A stretch of DNA of 63,621 bases, the filler included, from Octopus bimaculoides (lineage: Eukaryota), in NCBI RefSeq assembly GCF_001194135.2. It is 5 parts of 5 records of this genome, joined end to end, with 100 filler letters (N's around TTAATTAATTAA, not from the genome) between each part and the next. Parts side by side here need not be neighbours in the genome. Positions count along the whole stretch, not along the records: positions 1 to 24,033 come from NC_069001.1; positions 24,134 to 37,450 come from NC_069005.1; 3 more parts are not named here. One strand, 5' to 3'. Positions 12,530 through 26,253 of this stretch are shown here, piece by piece. The notes beneath the pieces are model-generated. The model searched no databases. It saw only the letters and a program-made list of their open reading frames with translations, and was not told where the DNA came from. A program made the position numbers and the translations under genes. How positions within the stretch are numbered: the stretch's first letter is position 1; each line of letters starts with the position of its first letter.

Positions 12530-13370
12530 TTGTCAGTGGTGTTTAGCCCTAGGTTTGTCTTAATCGAACAAAATCCATGGATCAAAGGTCTTCTGGTTGA
12601 CACCATCCCATATTTTTCTTCCCCAGATGTACTATAATCTACAACTACATTATTCAGTGTGTCCTTCCTTGTTTCGTTGCTATTCCTAGCAGGACAAGTG
12701 ACTATGCAGGGGCTTTCTCCTTGGCTAGCTGCTCATAATTTCGTAGTGATGATGGTGTTGTTGCTGGCATTCATAACGTTGTTGTTTTTTAACCCCAGGT
12801 CAATCTGTGATCCTCCCACTTTCCCTACTTGTAAAGGGCACACAACGCCACATCACCCCCCCCCCCACCCACATGTTTCTTGAACCTTAATGTTTTTTTA
12901 AGACAATGTGATTTGAAAGAGATTTGGCTGCTATTTTTAACAGGCTGATTGATCACTTATAGGCTTCCCTTCTTTGCCTGTAATGGTGATGTTGTTTTTG
13001 TTGGTGGTGGTGTTGATGATGCTGGAGATAGTGATAATGATAATGATACTGGTAGTGTTGATGGTGATGATGATGATGATGATTGTGGAGCTGGTGACGT
13101 CATTGATGATGATGATGTTGATGGTGGCGATAGTGATGATGGTATTGATGGTGTTACATATAAATATCAAATTTCCACTTGTCAGTCAATTTTCATTTGA
13201 AATATTTGAGTATAGAGTTGTATATATATAATGTTGTGTGTGTATATACAGTGTTGTGTGTATGTATAGTTTGGTGTGTGTAATGCGTATGCATGTATAG
13301 TATGGTGTATAGTTATAGTGAGGATGCATGTATATGCTGCATATTATGTATATATCATGTATATATGTAT

Positions 13371-13422
<52 letters not shown>

Positions 13423-13523
13423 GTATATATATATATGTATAGTGTGGTGTATATAATGTATGTGTAATACATATACATGCATATACACACAACACCCACA
13501 CACACAAATATATATGTATTGTG

Positions 13524-13606
<83 letters not shown>

Positions 13607-13617
13607 ATGTATATATA

Positions 13618-13654
<37 letters not shown>

Positions 13655-13685
13655 TATGTATGTATATGTGTGCATGTGTAGTGTG

Positions 13686-13719
<34 letters not shown>

Positions 13720-13878
13720 TATTATATGTGTATGCATGATCAGTATGCTGTGTGTATAATGTTAAGTATGTGTAGGGGTTGGCACAACTGTCTCCAATCC
13801 TTTCTCTTTGTAACAAAGAACTACTGTAAGTCATAGTAGTTGCTGTAGTGGTGGTGGTTGTTGTTGTTCTGGTAGTCT

Positions 13879-13911
<33 letters not shown>

Positions 13912-14211
13912 ACAGTCCTAATAGTCTTGTAGTAGTAATTTTAGTAGCTACAGCAGTGTCAACAGCAGTAGTTGTTAGTAGACCTGATAGTCTTCTGGTC
14001 CTCATTTTACTAACTGTAGCAGTATCAGCAGTTGTTGTTCTTAGTAGTAGTAGTAGTAGTAGTAGTGGTAGTGGTAGTAGTAGTAATCCTTGTAGTCTGG
14101 TTGTTTTTATTTTCTAGGTCACTAAGTTATCAAGCATTGAGATAGAGGCACCACCAGACCATATTAGGTTTCACCTCCCCACAATCAAGGTTCAAATCCA
14201 AACATAGAGAT

Positions 14212-14448
14212 TTAACTCTTTAGAATTCAGCTTACTCTCTTGAATCTAATGCTTGTTTATTCGCCTTGTTTTGATTTTATTATGCATTTATCTCATAGCT
14301 TTGAGATTTTGATGGGTGAATTGTTTATTTCTAGAATGATATTGTAGGGTAGATGTGAGAGGCCAAATCTGACTGGTTTGAACATAAAAACAGAATATTT
14401 TGGCTGCATATGTCTGATTGAAATGCTAAAGGGTTACTAAAGGGTTAA
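14212..14448 (-). mobile_element. piggyBac-like MITE, full length, with one terminus duplicated
   Basis: TTAACTCTTTAG start; ends TAAAGGGTTAC-TAAAGGGTTAA. Confidence 0.75.
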
Positions 14449-14888
14449 CACGCTGTTACTTCAAAAACTCAAGAGCCTTAACTTCCCTACTGCACCCCTT
14501 CCTCTTTCCATTGTCCCACACATTCCTGCTCATCTATCTTGGTATTCTTATTGGTTGCATGAACCTTAGTATATCCCTGGTATTTACTTTGTGTCGGTGA
14601 GAGAGCCTCTATGTCAGCAGGTCTCAGATAGGGTGTACCACAGAGCACTGGTGTACCACAAGGAGTATCTAGATGTGCTGTGGTGTTTTAAAAATGTAAT
14701 TTAAGTTCTTTAGGAAATCGATACTAGTTCTTGAGAAAGTTTAAACTTCCCCTACAAATTGCCATTAATTGGCATACACACATATAGATACATATGCACA
14801 TGTATGTATGCATACATACATACATACATACATACATGCATATGCTTATATATAAGTAAATACATATGCAAATGTGTGTGTGTGTATG

Positions 14889-14919
<31 letters not shown>

Positions 14920-15463
14920 GTGTGTATATATATGTGTGTGTGTATGTTTATATATGTATGTATAGATATGTATATGTATAGATATGTATGTGTATATATA
15001 TATATGTCATATGTATTTATATATATGTGTGTGTGTGTGTATAGATATGTGTGTGTGTATATATATATGTATACACACACATATATATATACATATATAT
15101 ATATTTTTGCACAAAAGCCTGTTTATGCACATGCACGCGTACGCTAACACGTGCAAAGTGCTTTAGTTACACCCCTTTAAATTATGTTAAAACTGTGTCT
15201 TTGAGGCCGGCAGCTGTTTGGGTCTCGTGTTTGCCTCGAGATCCTTTTGGAATCAATAAAATAAGCTATATATGTTTGATGGTATTTCATTCCATTCTAC
15301 TTAGATTGACTTTCATTTCCCCAGGGTAGTGGAAGATGGATGGGGAATTGATAAAATAAGTACTTGTTATATGTTTCTCTTCACTAAAACCTCATATTAA
15401 GAAAGAAAAAAAATGCAAACTGTTGCTTTGTTTCCATGATAGACATCATTATAAATTAATGTA

Positions 15464-15498
<35 letters not shown>

Positions 15499-15561
15499 TA
15501 CCCTTGTGGTTAATAAAGAAATCATTATTATTATTATTATTATTATTATTACTACTACTAA

Positions 15562-15893
15562 GGCGGTGAGCTGGCAGAATTGTTAGCACACTGGACAAAA
15601 TGCTTAATGGTATTTTACCCATCGCAACATTCTGAGTTCAAATTCCACTGAGGTCAATTTTTACCTTTCATCCTTTTGGGGTTGATAAAACAAATACTAG
15701 TTGAACACTGGGGTCGATGTAATTGACTCATCCCCTCCCCCAAAATTATTGCCCTTGTGGCAAAATTTGAAACCATTATTATTATTGTTATTCCTTTCGG
15801 AGTCGATAAATTAGTACCAGTTGCTTACTGGGATCGATCTAATCGACTGGCCCCCTCCCCAGAATTTCGGGCCTTGTGCCTAGAGTAGAAAAG

Positions 15894-15949
<56 letters not shown>

Positions 15950-16090
15950 AGCAGCTAGCTGGCAGAATTGTTAGCACAATAGGTGAAATGCTTAGCAACA
16001 TTTCATCCATCTTTATGTTCTGAGTTCAAATTCTGCTGAGGTTGACTTTGCCTTTCATCTTTTTGGGGTCGATAAAATAAGTACCAGTCA
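15562..16090 (+). mobile_element. Cluster of tRNA-derived SINE family A copies separated by (TTA)n
   Basis: GGCGGTGAGCTGGCAGAA head, GAGTTCAAATTCC B box and GTCGATAAAATAAGTACCAG core. Confidence 0.85.
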
Positions 16091-17325
16091 AGCATTGATA
16101 ACAATGGCAGGCAAGAGTACAAGTGAAGTACACAATGAAACCCAGAAAGACAACAGGATGAACATTAAAATGCACCACAAAGAGGAAAAGGTTTATAGGC
16201 ATGGAAGCAGTTAGGTTGGCTAATTTCAGGAAACAGAATCATGGAAGGCTGCAGTGTCCTGACAGCTAACAGTTGATGCAGTTAGTTTATTGCATTCTTT
16301 GTCAATTCGAAGAAAGAAAAACCCACGCCCGAAAGTCAGAAAGTCATGGGTGCCGTGCTGTTTTTTTTTGTTTTGTTTTTTAATTAAAAAAATTTCCATC
16401 GTATTGATCATCCTGTCGTACACGTGACAACAGTTGCGTGACCAAATTCCTCTGATTTTTAACACAGGCACAAGGCCAGGCGTTTTATTTACTTCTTTTT
16501 TGAAGGGAATAAAGAACAGCACTAAATACACCAGGCAGTACACTGTGTGTAATTGTGGGGGGTGGGAGATTGTTAGGGCATTGCCTGCCAATACACAATG
16601 TTATTTATAAGGGGTTAGGGAGACTGAGAGAGGGCTTGTGTACCTTAAGGACAATGAAAATCAGTTGTTGTTGTTGTTGGCACTGCTACTGTTGTTGTCA
16701 TTAAGTATATAATTGGTGTAGGAGGTGTAGAGAGGGTGGGGGAGAGCACCAGTGGTAGGGGCTGCCAGGGTTTCTGAGCTTCTTTCCAATTAAGCAGAAT
16801 GAACCAACGAATGAACAGTAAATGAGGTTTTGATATAATTAATACTTGAACCTGTGAAATTAATTAAACAAAACCTTAAACTACAACAGAGGTGTTGTGT
16901 GAGACAAAGAAAACCCCGCGATTGCTATATGGTCCCCTCTATCTCCCTATTCAGGTTACTGCCCTGTTTCTCAGCTCCCTTCATTTCTACTTTTCTTTAC
17001 CCTTTATTTTTACTCTTCCTTCACCCCCCCCCCCTCTTGTTTAAGTTGTCCTTTCTATTTCTCTCATCCCACTCCTCCTCTCCTTTCTCTTTCTTTATTC
17101 TCCTCCCTCATCTCCTTTATTCTGTTTCTTTTTCCCCACTTTTCTCCTTTCCCTTCTCCTTTTTACTACCAGCTTTTCTACTTTTCTTCCTCAACGCTTA
17201 CTTTTTGTCCCCCCCCTCCCCCCTTTAAATTAACTAATTACATCACATCTAATGACTCTCCTTACACAGTTTTACTCTTTCCAGTATAATGTCCTGTTTT
17301 TGGTAATTTAGTACCACTACTGCTG

Positions 17326-17365
<40 letters not shown>

Positions 17366-17419
17366 CACTGGTTTGACAATCATCAAAGTGCTTTGCAATA
17401 TTTCTTTTCCTTCTTTTCA

Positions 17420-18020
17420 TTCTGAGTTCAAATCATGTCCAGATCTCGCCTTTCATCCTTTTGGGGTCATTGAAATTAAGTACCAATGAAGCACTGTGTT
17501 TTGATAGTATCAACAAAGCCCCTCTCCACAAAACTGCTGGCCCAGCTCCTTGCGTCTTGAGTTCAAATCCTGCAGAGGTCGACTATGCCTTTTATCCTTT
17601 CTGGGTCAATAGGGTCAATGTAATCAACTTGCCCCCTTCCCTAAAATTCCTGCTGAGGTAGACTTTGCTTTTCATCCTTTAAAAGGTCGATAAATTAAGT
17701 ACCAGCGAAACACTGGGGTCAACATAATCAACTTAGTCTCCTTCCGAAAAATTTCAGGCCTTGTGCCTTTAGTAGAAAGGATTATTATTATTATTATTAA
17801 AGTGCTGAGCTGGCAGAATCATTAGCACACCAGGCGAAATGCTTGGCAATATTTTGTACCTCTTCACGTTCTGAGTTCAAATTTCGCTGGGGTTGGCTTT
17901 GCCTTTCATCCTTTCAAGGTTGATAAATTAAGTACCAGTGAAACACTGGGGTTGACATAATCAACTAGTCCCAACCCCCAAAATTTCAGGCCTTGTGCCT
18001 TGAGTAGAAAGGATTATTAT
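17420..18020 (+). mobile_element. Head-to-tail chain of SINE family A copies and fragments
   Basis: GAGTTCAAAT B box and core motifs recur about four times. Confidence 0.85.
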
Positions 18021-18617
18021 TTCCAATATAGATACAAAGCTTAAAATTCTGGAGAGTGGGATATAAGTTGATTATGTTTACCCCAGAACTTGAATTTTAT
18101 TGGTACTTATCTTATGGAGCCCACAAGAGATAAAAGGCAAAGTGGGCCAGGCAAAATCTTGGTACAGCAGGACCTCCATTTATGGTCAGTCGAGGAACCC
18201 CACCAATCCAACATCACTCCGGACACCACGGGCTTACGTCCTCTCCACCTGTCATTGTCTGACCTACCGACATATTCTTTGAGTGGTGCTGTCCAGGGTT
18301 GTTCATTTTGTTGTTCTTACCCACCTTTCAATAAATTCACTCCAAGATAAAGGATGGGATCCCTCTCTCTATCCTTGTCTCCATTTGGCAACTTGAGGCC
18401 AAGGTGTGAGGGACAGTACAATAGTGAAATACAAGAAAAGAGGGGTTGTACATTTTAAGTAAAAGGGCACAATAAGGAAATAACAATAAAGAACTTGCAA
18501 GACAATCAATGTCTGAGATCAGTTTCCAAGAAATGATTTTGGGAAGATTATTAGTATGTGTGTGTATGTGTGTGTGTGTGCGTGTGTGTGTGCATGTGTG
18601 TGAGAGAGAGAGAGAGC

Positions 18618-18698
<81 letters not shown>

Positions 18699-18991
18699 TG
18701 TGTGTGTGTGTGTGTGTGTGTAAGAGTGTGTGTGTGAGAGAGTGTGTGTGAGTGAGTGAGTGTTGGTGTGGTAGTATTTATGTCTGTCAACAGTGCTTTG
18801 AGATTCATTATAAAGGCTGAAAGATTGGGTTTTTACACAGACACATTTAAATACTTCATAAACAGTGACCCACATAGTCTCTATATCTCTCTCTTCCTAT
18901 ATATATATGTGTATGTATGTGTGCATGTGTGTGTATATATATATATATTTATGATTATATATGTGTGTGTGTGTATGTATGTATGTATGTA

Positions 18992-19096
<105 letters not shown>

Positions 19097-19253
19097 CTTA
19101 TTGTGTTCTACTAACATTTCAAGTAGTTCACTGTTGCATCCTGTCACTGAATTCTGCTCCTCCCTCTCAGAATCTGCTCTTCCTTCCCCCTTCATACCAT
19201 TGCTATTTCCTCTTCATCTCACACCTTGATTCTTCATCAACTTCATCTGTTTC

Positions 19254-19286
<33 letters not shown>

Positions 19287-19360
19287 TATGTGTGTATATG
19301 TGAGTGGATGGAGACCATTGTGTGTGGGCAGGCATTCTAAGTACATGCCTTGCATAAGTT

Positions 19361-19406
<46 letters not shown>

Positions 19407-20895
19407 TGTATATTGATGTGTATATGGTAGATTGTTTTTTAACCATGGCAGTCAATTGTTAGAGGCTTCCAACAACAGGCTAGTCACTGGTTCCTTACAT
19501 TTCTGATGCTCTCATTGACGAGGGAGTGCCATGGGTGACTTGGCACAATGAATATCGAAAAATATTTTTTCACTTTGTGATTTATTGATAATGTTTCTTA
19601 CTGCAGTTTACATATTTTGCTGATGACTATTAACAGAATGTATTACTTTGTATGTGCGTGATGATGTTGATGATGATTATGTAAGCGCACACACACACAC
19701 ACAATTCATTTCACATTGCTCCAGTCCACTCAGCTGGTAAAAAGGAGTATAATCCTGCAATTGACTGGGTGTCCTGCCGAAAGAGGAATATATACATCAG
19801 GAAAAAAATGGGGAACCTCGCCATATACTCCTTAAAGAGTAAAATGTACTCGCCACTTATTTACATTCATTCCTATCTGTGTTAAAATGGTACCACATAT
19901 TCCAGTCCATGTTTTGATACAAGCTTACTCTGTGAATATTATAATTCATTTGGAATTTCCACTTATATCTATAATTTTCTCCTTTAAAATAAAACATTTA
20001 CAGACATGCAATTGATAGCCAGATATGCTTAATGAGGGCACGGCTTGGGTTAGAATTCCTTCTATATACTATTTCATTCCTATTCTATACAGTATGTTTA
20101 GAGGCCACCAGTTGGAAGATGAGTGGCCAATTCACAGCCCTCACCCCTTCAACTTCCCTTTCTATCCTACCCCCTCTGTTCATATCTGCCACCGTCTACT
20201 TTGTCATCCTAGTATGTTCTTTTGTAAACCTTTCCTTTTAACACCATTTTCTCTTGAGAAATCTTTTTCATTTACTTGTTGTTACTAAAGAGAATAAGTA
20301 ATAATAATATAATTATAATAATTAGTAATAATTAATTATTTATTTTTCCCTGGCTTGTGTAGTCTGAATTTGCATATCTTATTTGGAAAAGTTTATTGTT
20401 TTCATTATGTTGTGTGGTGGTGGTGGTGGTGGTGGTGGTAGCTGTGGGTGACATGTTTGCAGAAAGTGTTGGTGGTGACTATTGTTTAGCCCTAGGCAAA
20501 CCCTGATTAAGTAAAACCTGATCAAAGATATCAACTGTAACCATCTTGGTTTTGTCCCCACCCCACCCCACCACATGCAGGAAACCCTGTACAACATTAT
20601 CCAAGGTGCCCTTTTCTAAGATAGTGGGTTAGGATTTGAAAGAGATTTAGTTACTATTTCTAGCAGGTCAAGCAAATTTGTCAATGGTCTTTAAAGTGGG
20701 CAGGGATTATGAGAGAATTTCTACTCATCTCAACCCTCCTTGCTTATTAAGATCTGGTGGTATTTCTCCTGGGGTGGAATTTTGCTATTGATTTTTCCCT
20801 GGAATAGTAGGGTTTTCAATAAAATATATACCTGTAATATACTGGTGTTTATTCAGTCAACTAAGTACCTCCTAGAAATAACAGCCAGATTCCCC

Positions 20896-21126
20896 TTAAC
20901 CTTATAGCATTTAAACCAGTCCTATCTGGCCCAAATATCCTACCTGTTTTTTTATTATTCAAACTGGCTAGATTTGGCTTCTCACACCTATCCTACAATG
21001 TCATTTTCAAAATATCCTACCACATTATGGGAATCTTGAAGCCATGAGATAGCACATGATTAATTGCAAATAATGTGATTATATATGCATTATATTTGAT
21101 AGAGTTATCTGAATGCTAAAGAGTTA
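20896..21126 (+). mobile_element. piggyBac-like MITE, full length
   Basis: TTAACCTTATAGCATTTAAAC...GAATGCTAAAGAGTTAG. Confidence 0.75.
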
Positions 21127-21712
21127 GATCACAACCCAGCTTTAGAAAAGGCCACCTTGAATAATTTTGTGCTAGGTTCCCTGGGGGAAAAGGTAGAATG
21201 AAAAGACAAGACGATCATGTCTTTGATCATGGACTTTATCCAATCATGGCTGACCTGGGGTTTAAACAAGTCATTGTTTACAACATTCTTACAATACAGT
21301 AAATATAGTGAATAGCACATTATGTGAGTTGAAAAAAGGAAATCAGCAGAAGAAAATCGTGTAGAATATTCTCACACTCGTGGAAAAGTGAACTCAGAAG
21401 TAAACTACTTACATAAGGTCAGCAATAGCAGTGAGGTGCTGAGTTCAAATTTAGGTGATGTCTGGTATTGGTTATGGATAAATTCTAGTTTTAATACCCT
21501 GCTTTTTTTCTTTTTATGTATTTTTATGCTAAACGGTGCAAGTTGTGCTGGTTTTGTGGGTAAGGAATTTTGCATCTCTTACCATGCATTTTTGCATCTG
21601 ATGCCACTATGTGTTGTTTTGGGAAAGTGTCTTATGTAACACTGGGTTGGTCAGTGTTTTCAGAATGGAATTTGATGAATGGGAAATTATGAGGTAGGGA
21701 AAGACTGTAATG

Positions 21713-21775
21713 TGTGAGGGAGTGCTGAAAAGTTCCTGGCTTTAAGGGTATCGCAAAAGACCTGGCTGAAGGCCC
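21713..21775 (+). mobile_element. Solitary mariner-type terminal repeat fragment
   Basis: TGAGGGAGTGCTGAAAAGTTCCTGGC resembles TACGAGGG-type mariner TIRs; recognition only. Confidence 0.45.
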
Positions 21776-22261
21776 GCACTGGGGTCGATGTAATTGACTT
21801 AATCCCTTTGTCTGTCCTTGTTTGTCCCCTCTATGTTTAGCCCCTTGTGGGCAATAAAGAAATAGGAAACAGGTAAGGGTTAGCAACTGGAAGGGCATCC
21901 AGTTGTAAAAACATCTACCGTTAATGAACTCCATCCATCCCATGCAGGCGTGGAAAAGTGGATGTTAAAATAACAGAGATAGTAATCCCAATCTACTTGT
22001 ACGAATTCTCTTTTGTCATCACCTATCATCAGCAACGTTGTTGTCGGCTGTCCATCACAGGTCAAAGGTGCCTATGGTAACTTGTTGAGCATTCATTGCA
22101 TCAATAACGGTGTATAGATGTATGTTTGCATCTGTGTGTGTGGATGTGTATATATGTATTGATACGTAATGATATGAAAGTAATCAACTTTTGACTGAAC
22201 GTATAACGAGGTAAAAACCATTCTAAACACATGCACACACACAAAGCATATACACCTGCAC

Positions 22262-22299
<38 letters not shown>

Positions 22300-22539
22300 C
22301 ATTTACACACACACATTTTTAGTTTTTTTCTGTCGGTCATCATGAATTCAGCATGAATCATACACAGAACAATCTCTGTACTTAGTGTGACCCTCTACCC
22401 ACACATTTATTGATGTTGTTGCTGTTGTTGTGGGCAGTGGTGGTGGTGTTCTTGCATTTTTTGTTCCATTTTATTATTGTTGTTGTTCTTGAAGACAAAT
22501 TCAAAAATGTCATTAATTTTTTCACACACAAGCCCATAT

Positions 22540-22595
<56 letters not shown>

Positions 22596-23829
22596 CATAC
22601 ATATATCTTTATCTCCCCCCACTCTCTCTCACCTCTATAATATATAACGTATAATATTTTAGTCATTTGACTGTGGCTGTGCTGGAGCACCTTCTTAAAG
22701 GGGTTTAGTTGAGTGAATCAACCTTTGTATTTGTTTTTGAAAACCTCGTACTTGTTCTATCAGTCACACTTGCTGAACTGCAAAGTTACAGGGATGTAAG
22801 CAATATCAGCGATTCCATTCGTCACTTTATATATGTATATATAGGTGTCTGTGTATGTGTGTGTACCATGCACAGATCTCTCAGGTCTTGATTCATTTTG
22901 AACCTTCTTTTAGGTAAAAATAATAAAATACATATATACAAATACATTAATTTTTTTGAGTTGTAGTTTTCCTATTTGTTCTTCCAGACCTATGTGTGTT
23001 CACATGCACACACTCACACACACACATATATACATGTGTGTATATATATATGAATGTACATATAGATATACATGTATATGCATATATGAATATATACATA
23101 TTTACACACAAACCATATGTGTATATATATGAAAGAGATGTACGTCCCTATTGACACACACACACACACACACACATGCTTACGTACCTACTTATATGTC
23201 TGTATCGAGATTTAGTCAATAAATCTTTTCATAAAAAAAAAAACAGAAAATGATCCGCAAGTGAAACCCATACACATACAAGCATATCAGATGTGCGAAG
23301 AATAGGGATTATATTTATGAAGATTTTCCTTAATCCATATAAGAGGCACTCCCTAATTCATTCTTGTTGGGGCCCGTTAAGTTTTGCTCTATGGCTTATG
23401 CAACCAAACTGGTCAACTAAGCAGAGTTTCAATTAAATTAAATTTCAGATCTGATTTCACTTTTGATATTGAATCTTGACATAAGTAAATATTTTCTTGG
23501 TCTTGCATTGGTATTCCGAGTATTATATCATATAGATATAGGCGCACGTGTGGCAGTATGGTAAGAAATTTGCTTCCCAACCACATGGTTTTGGGTTCAG
23601 TCCCACACCAAGGCACCTTAGGCAAGTGTTTTCTATGATTATTTCAGGCCTACCAAAGCCTTGTGAGTGGATTTGGTAGATGGAAACTAAATCTTAAGTG
23701 GCAATATACTACACTTTATCGTGCAGTTACTGTTAATACTTCATTTAGAGAATTAACATTGCTTGTTTTCACCTTTTCAATATCAGTGAAGAATTTCACT
23801 GGAAAAGAAGATATAAGTTTGCCAGGTTT

Positions 23830-24033
23830 TTGTCTCTCTCACCAAGGTCATCAGCTGTCGGACGCCGACGAAGGGAAATAACCCTGAAATCCGGATACGT
23901 TCGTGCTGCAGATCGAGGTGAGAGGGATAACTTCCCTTGGCAAACAGGACACAGTCGTGTGTCGATAAGCCAGCTGGAGGAGATGTCCTCCTGGGGCTAA
24001 AAGCAACAGTAACATCCACCCCTAGGGTTCAGC
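23830..24033 (+). mobile_element. CpG-rich unclassified repeat (family H) ending at a contig join
   Basis: 23945-24010 aligns with the reverse complement of ~59480-59535 (AGGACACAG..TCGTGTGTC..AGC.AGCT.GAGG.GATG...GCTAA). Confidence 0.65.
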
Positions 24034-24077
24034 NNNNNNNNNNNNNNNNNNNNNNNNNNNNNNNNNNNNNNNNNNNN

Positions 24078-24089
24078 TTAATTAATTAA
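24078..24089. other. Artificial six-frame stop linker TTAATTAATTAA in a 44N+12+44N spacer
   Basis: Identical spacers at 24034-24133, 37451-37550, 50367-50466 and 59574-59673. Confidence 0.97.
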
Positions 24090-24264
24090 NNNNNNNNNNN
24101 NNNNNNNNNNNNNNNNNNNNNNNNNNNNNNNNNACCCAGAACCATGTGGTTCGTAAGCAAGCTACTTACCACACAGCCACTCCTACGCCTATATATATAT
24201 GTGTGTGTGTGAGTTTGCGTGTGTGTGTGTGTGTGTGTGTGTACATGTGCGTGCATGTGTGTGT

Positions 24265-24304
<40 letters not shown>

Positions 24305-24836
24305 CAGCCAAAATTTCGTGCATTACATCCAATAGGGCAATTCTGTTGACCAAAGTATGTATGTGTGTGTGTGTGAGTGTGTGTGCGTATGCGTTCGTGT
24401 TTGTGTGCGCGTGTGTTTATGTGTATGCGTATGTGTGTGTGTGTGTGCATCACAGCCAGAATTTCTCGCTTTTGATCCAAGAGTGCCATTCTGTTAACCA
24501 AAGTGTAACCAAGAATATAGCTGATCTGAAAGACGATAGCGTTGCGATACAGCTTCCCCCATTGCTTATAAACGCATGGTTTCACATTTTACTCCTGTCT
24601 ACTGCGGCGATGTATTTGACTACACAGAACCAAAATCTGATATCCGTCCCCTCAAATGCCTTTCAATAAGTATGTGGTGGAGCGTACTGAACTTATTTCA
24701 TTTCTATATGATATCCTTATAAAATGGCGGTGCATCTTATGCGAAAATGCGTTTTTTGTGCCTGTTAATGCGGTATTTGTGTTCATATTCGCAGATCACA
24801 GATGCTTAAACCCTGATGCTTTATCTCATTCTTTTT

Positions 24837-24870
<34 letters not shown>

Positions 24871-26253
24871 TATATATATATGTGCATACATACACCATAT
24901 ATGCATACATATATATGCACATACACACACAGAAATTGACACACACAAACACACATGTGTGTAAAGAAAGCCATCATGTGAGGCTTGCAAACTGACAGCC
25001 ATAAAAGGTTTCTTGTGAGTGTTTTTATGCGTGTGTGTACGCGTTCGTGTGTGTGTGTGTGTATGCGTGTGTGTGTGTGTATGCGTGTGTGTGTGTATGC
25101 GCGTGTGTGTGTTCGTGTGTAAGAAAGATGACAAAGGAATAAATGATTATCATATATATCTACGTGTGTGTGTGTGTGTCTGTGTGTGTGTGTGTGTAAA
25201 CACATTCACATGTATGATTGAAGGCGCGTGGCTTAGTGGTTAGGGCATTCAATTCACGATTGAAATCGGGGCAACCTTTCTGCCGCACCCTGTGAGTTTT
25301 GCGAGTTGCATGGTAACATCGCAAGTACCCTGATCGTACGAAAAAGAAGATAAAATAAAATGCACGTAGAGCACATTGGAAAGTGGTTGCCGTTAGGAAG
25401 GGCCTCTAGCCCTAGGAACCATGCCAAAGCAGACACTTGAGCAAGATGCAGAGCCATTGGAGCCATTGGAGCCATTGCGTCTTTTAACAAAATTCAGCAC
25501 ATGCCAGCATAGAACAATTGGACATGAAATGACGACGACAACAACGACGATGACGATGATGATAATGATGGCTAGGATGACGACGAAGACGATGATGATG
25601 ATGATGATGAGGAGGATGATGATGAGGAGGAGGAGGATGACGATGGCGATGATGACAACGACGATAACGATGATGATGTTGATGCAAAGTGAAAGTGAAA
25701 GTGAAATCAACTTCATAAAAAGCCTGTAACCTTAAAAAGCCAGCGACTTTTTGCTTTTGTAGGGGATTCCATACAAATGTAATGGTAATAAAGTACCACA
25801 CACACATATACACAAGGAAACACATACACACACACACACTCATACGCACACACGAGAAACACACACACTCTCTCTCTCTCTCTCTGACGCACATACACTC
25901 ATACGCACACACGAGAAACACACACACACACACACACTCTCTCTCTCTCTCTCTCTCTCCCACACACACACACACAGAAACAAANNNNNNNNNNCCCACA
26001 CACACACACACAGAAACAAACACAAATAACGTACAAACACACACATATACCACAGATGCACAAACATACACAACACCGCCAAATAAACACAAATAGACGC
26101 ACACACACACACACACGCAACCATACACACACAAATACACAAACACAGACACACAAAGACATACGCCCCACATATACATAACCTTTTATATAAGCACACA
26201 TACACACATACAGCTTTCTCTATCCAATGCTACCAAGCATTTTGTCAGAAACG

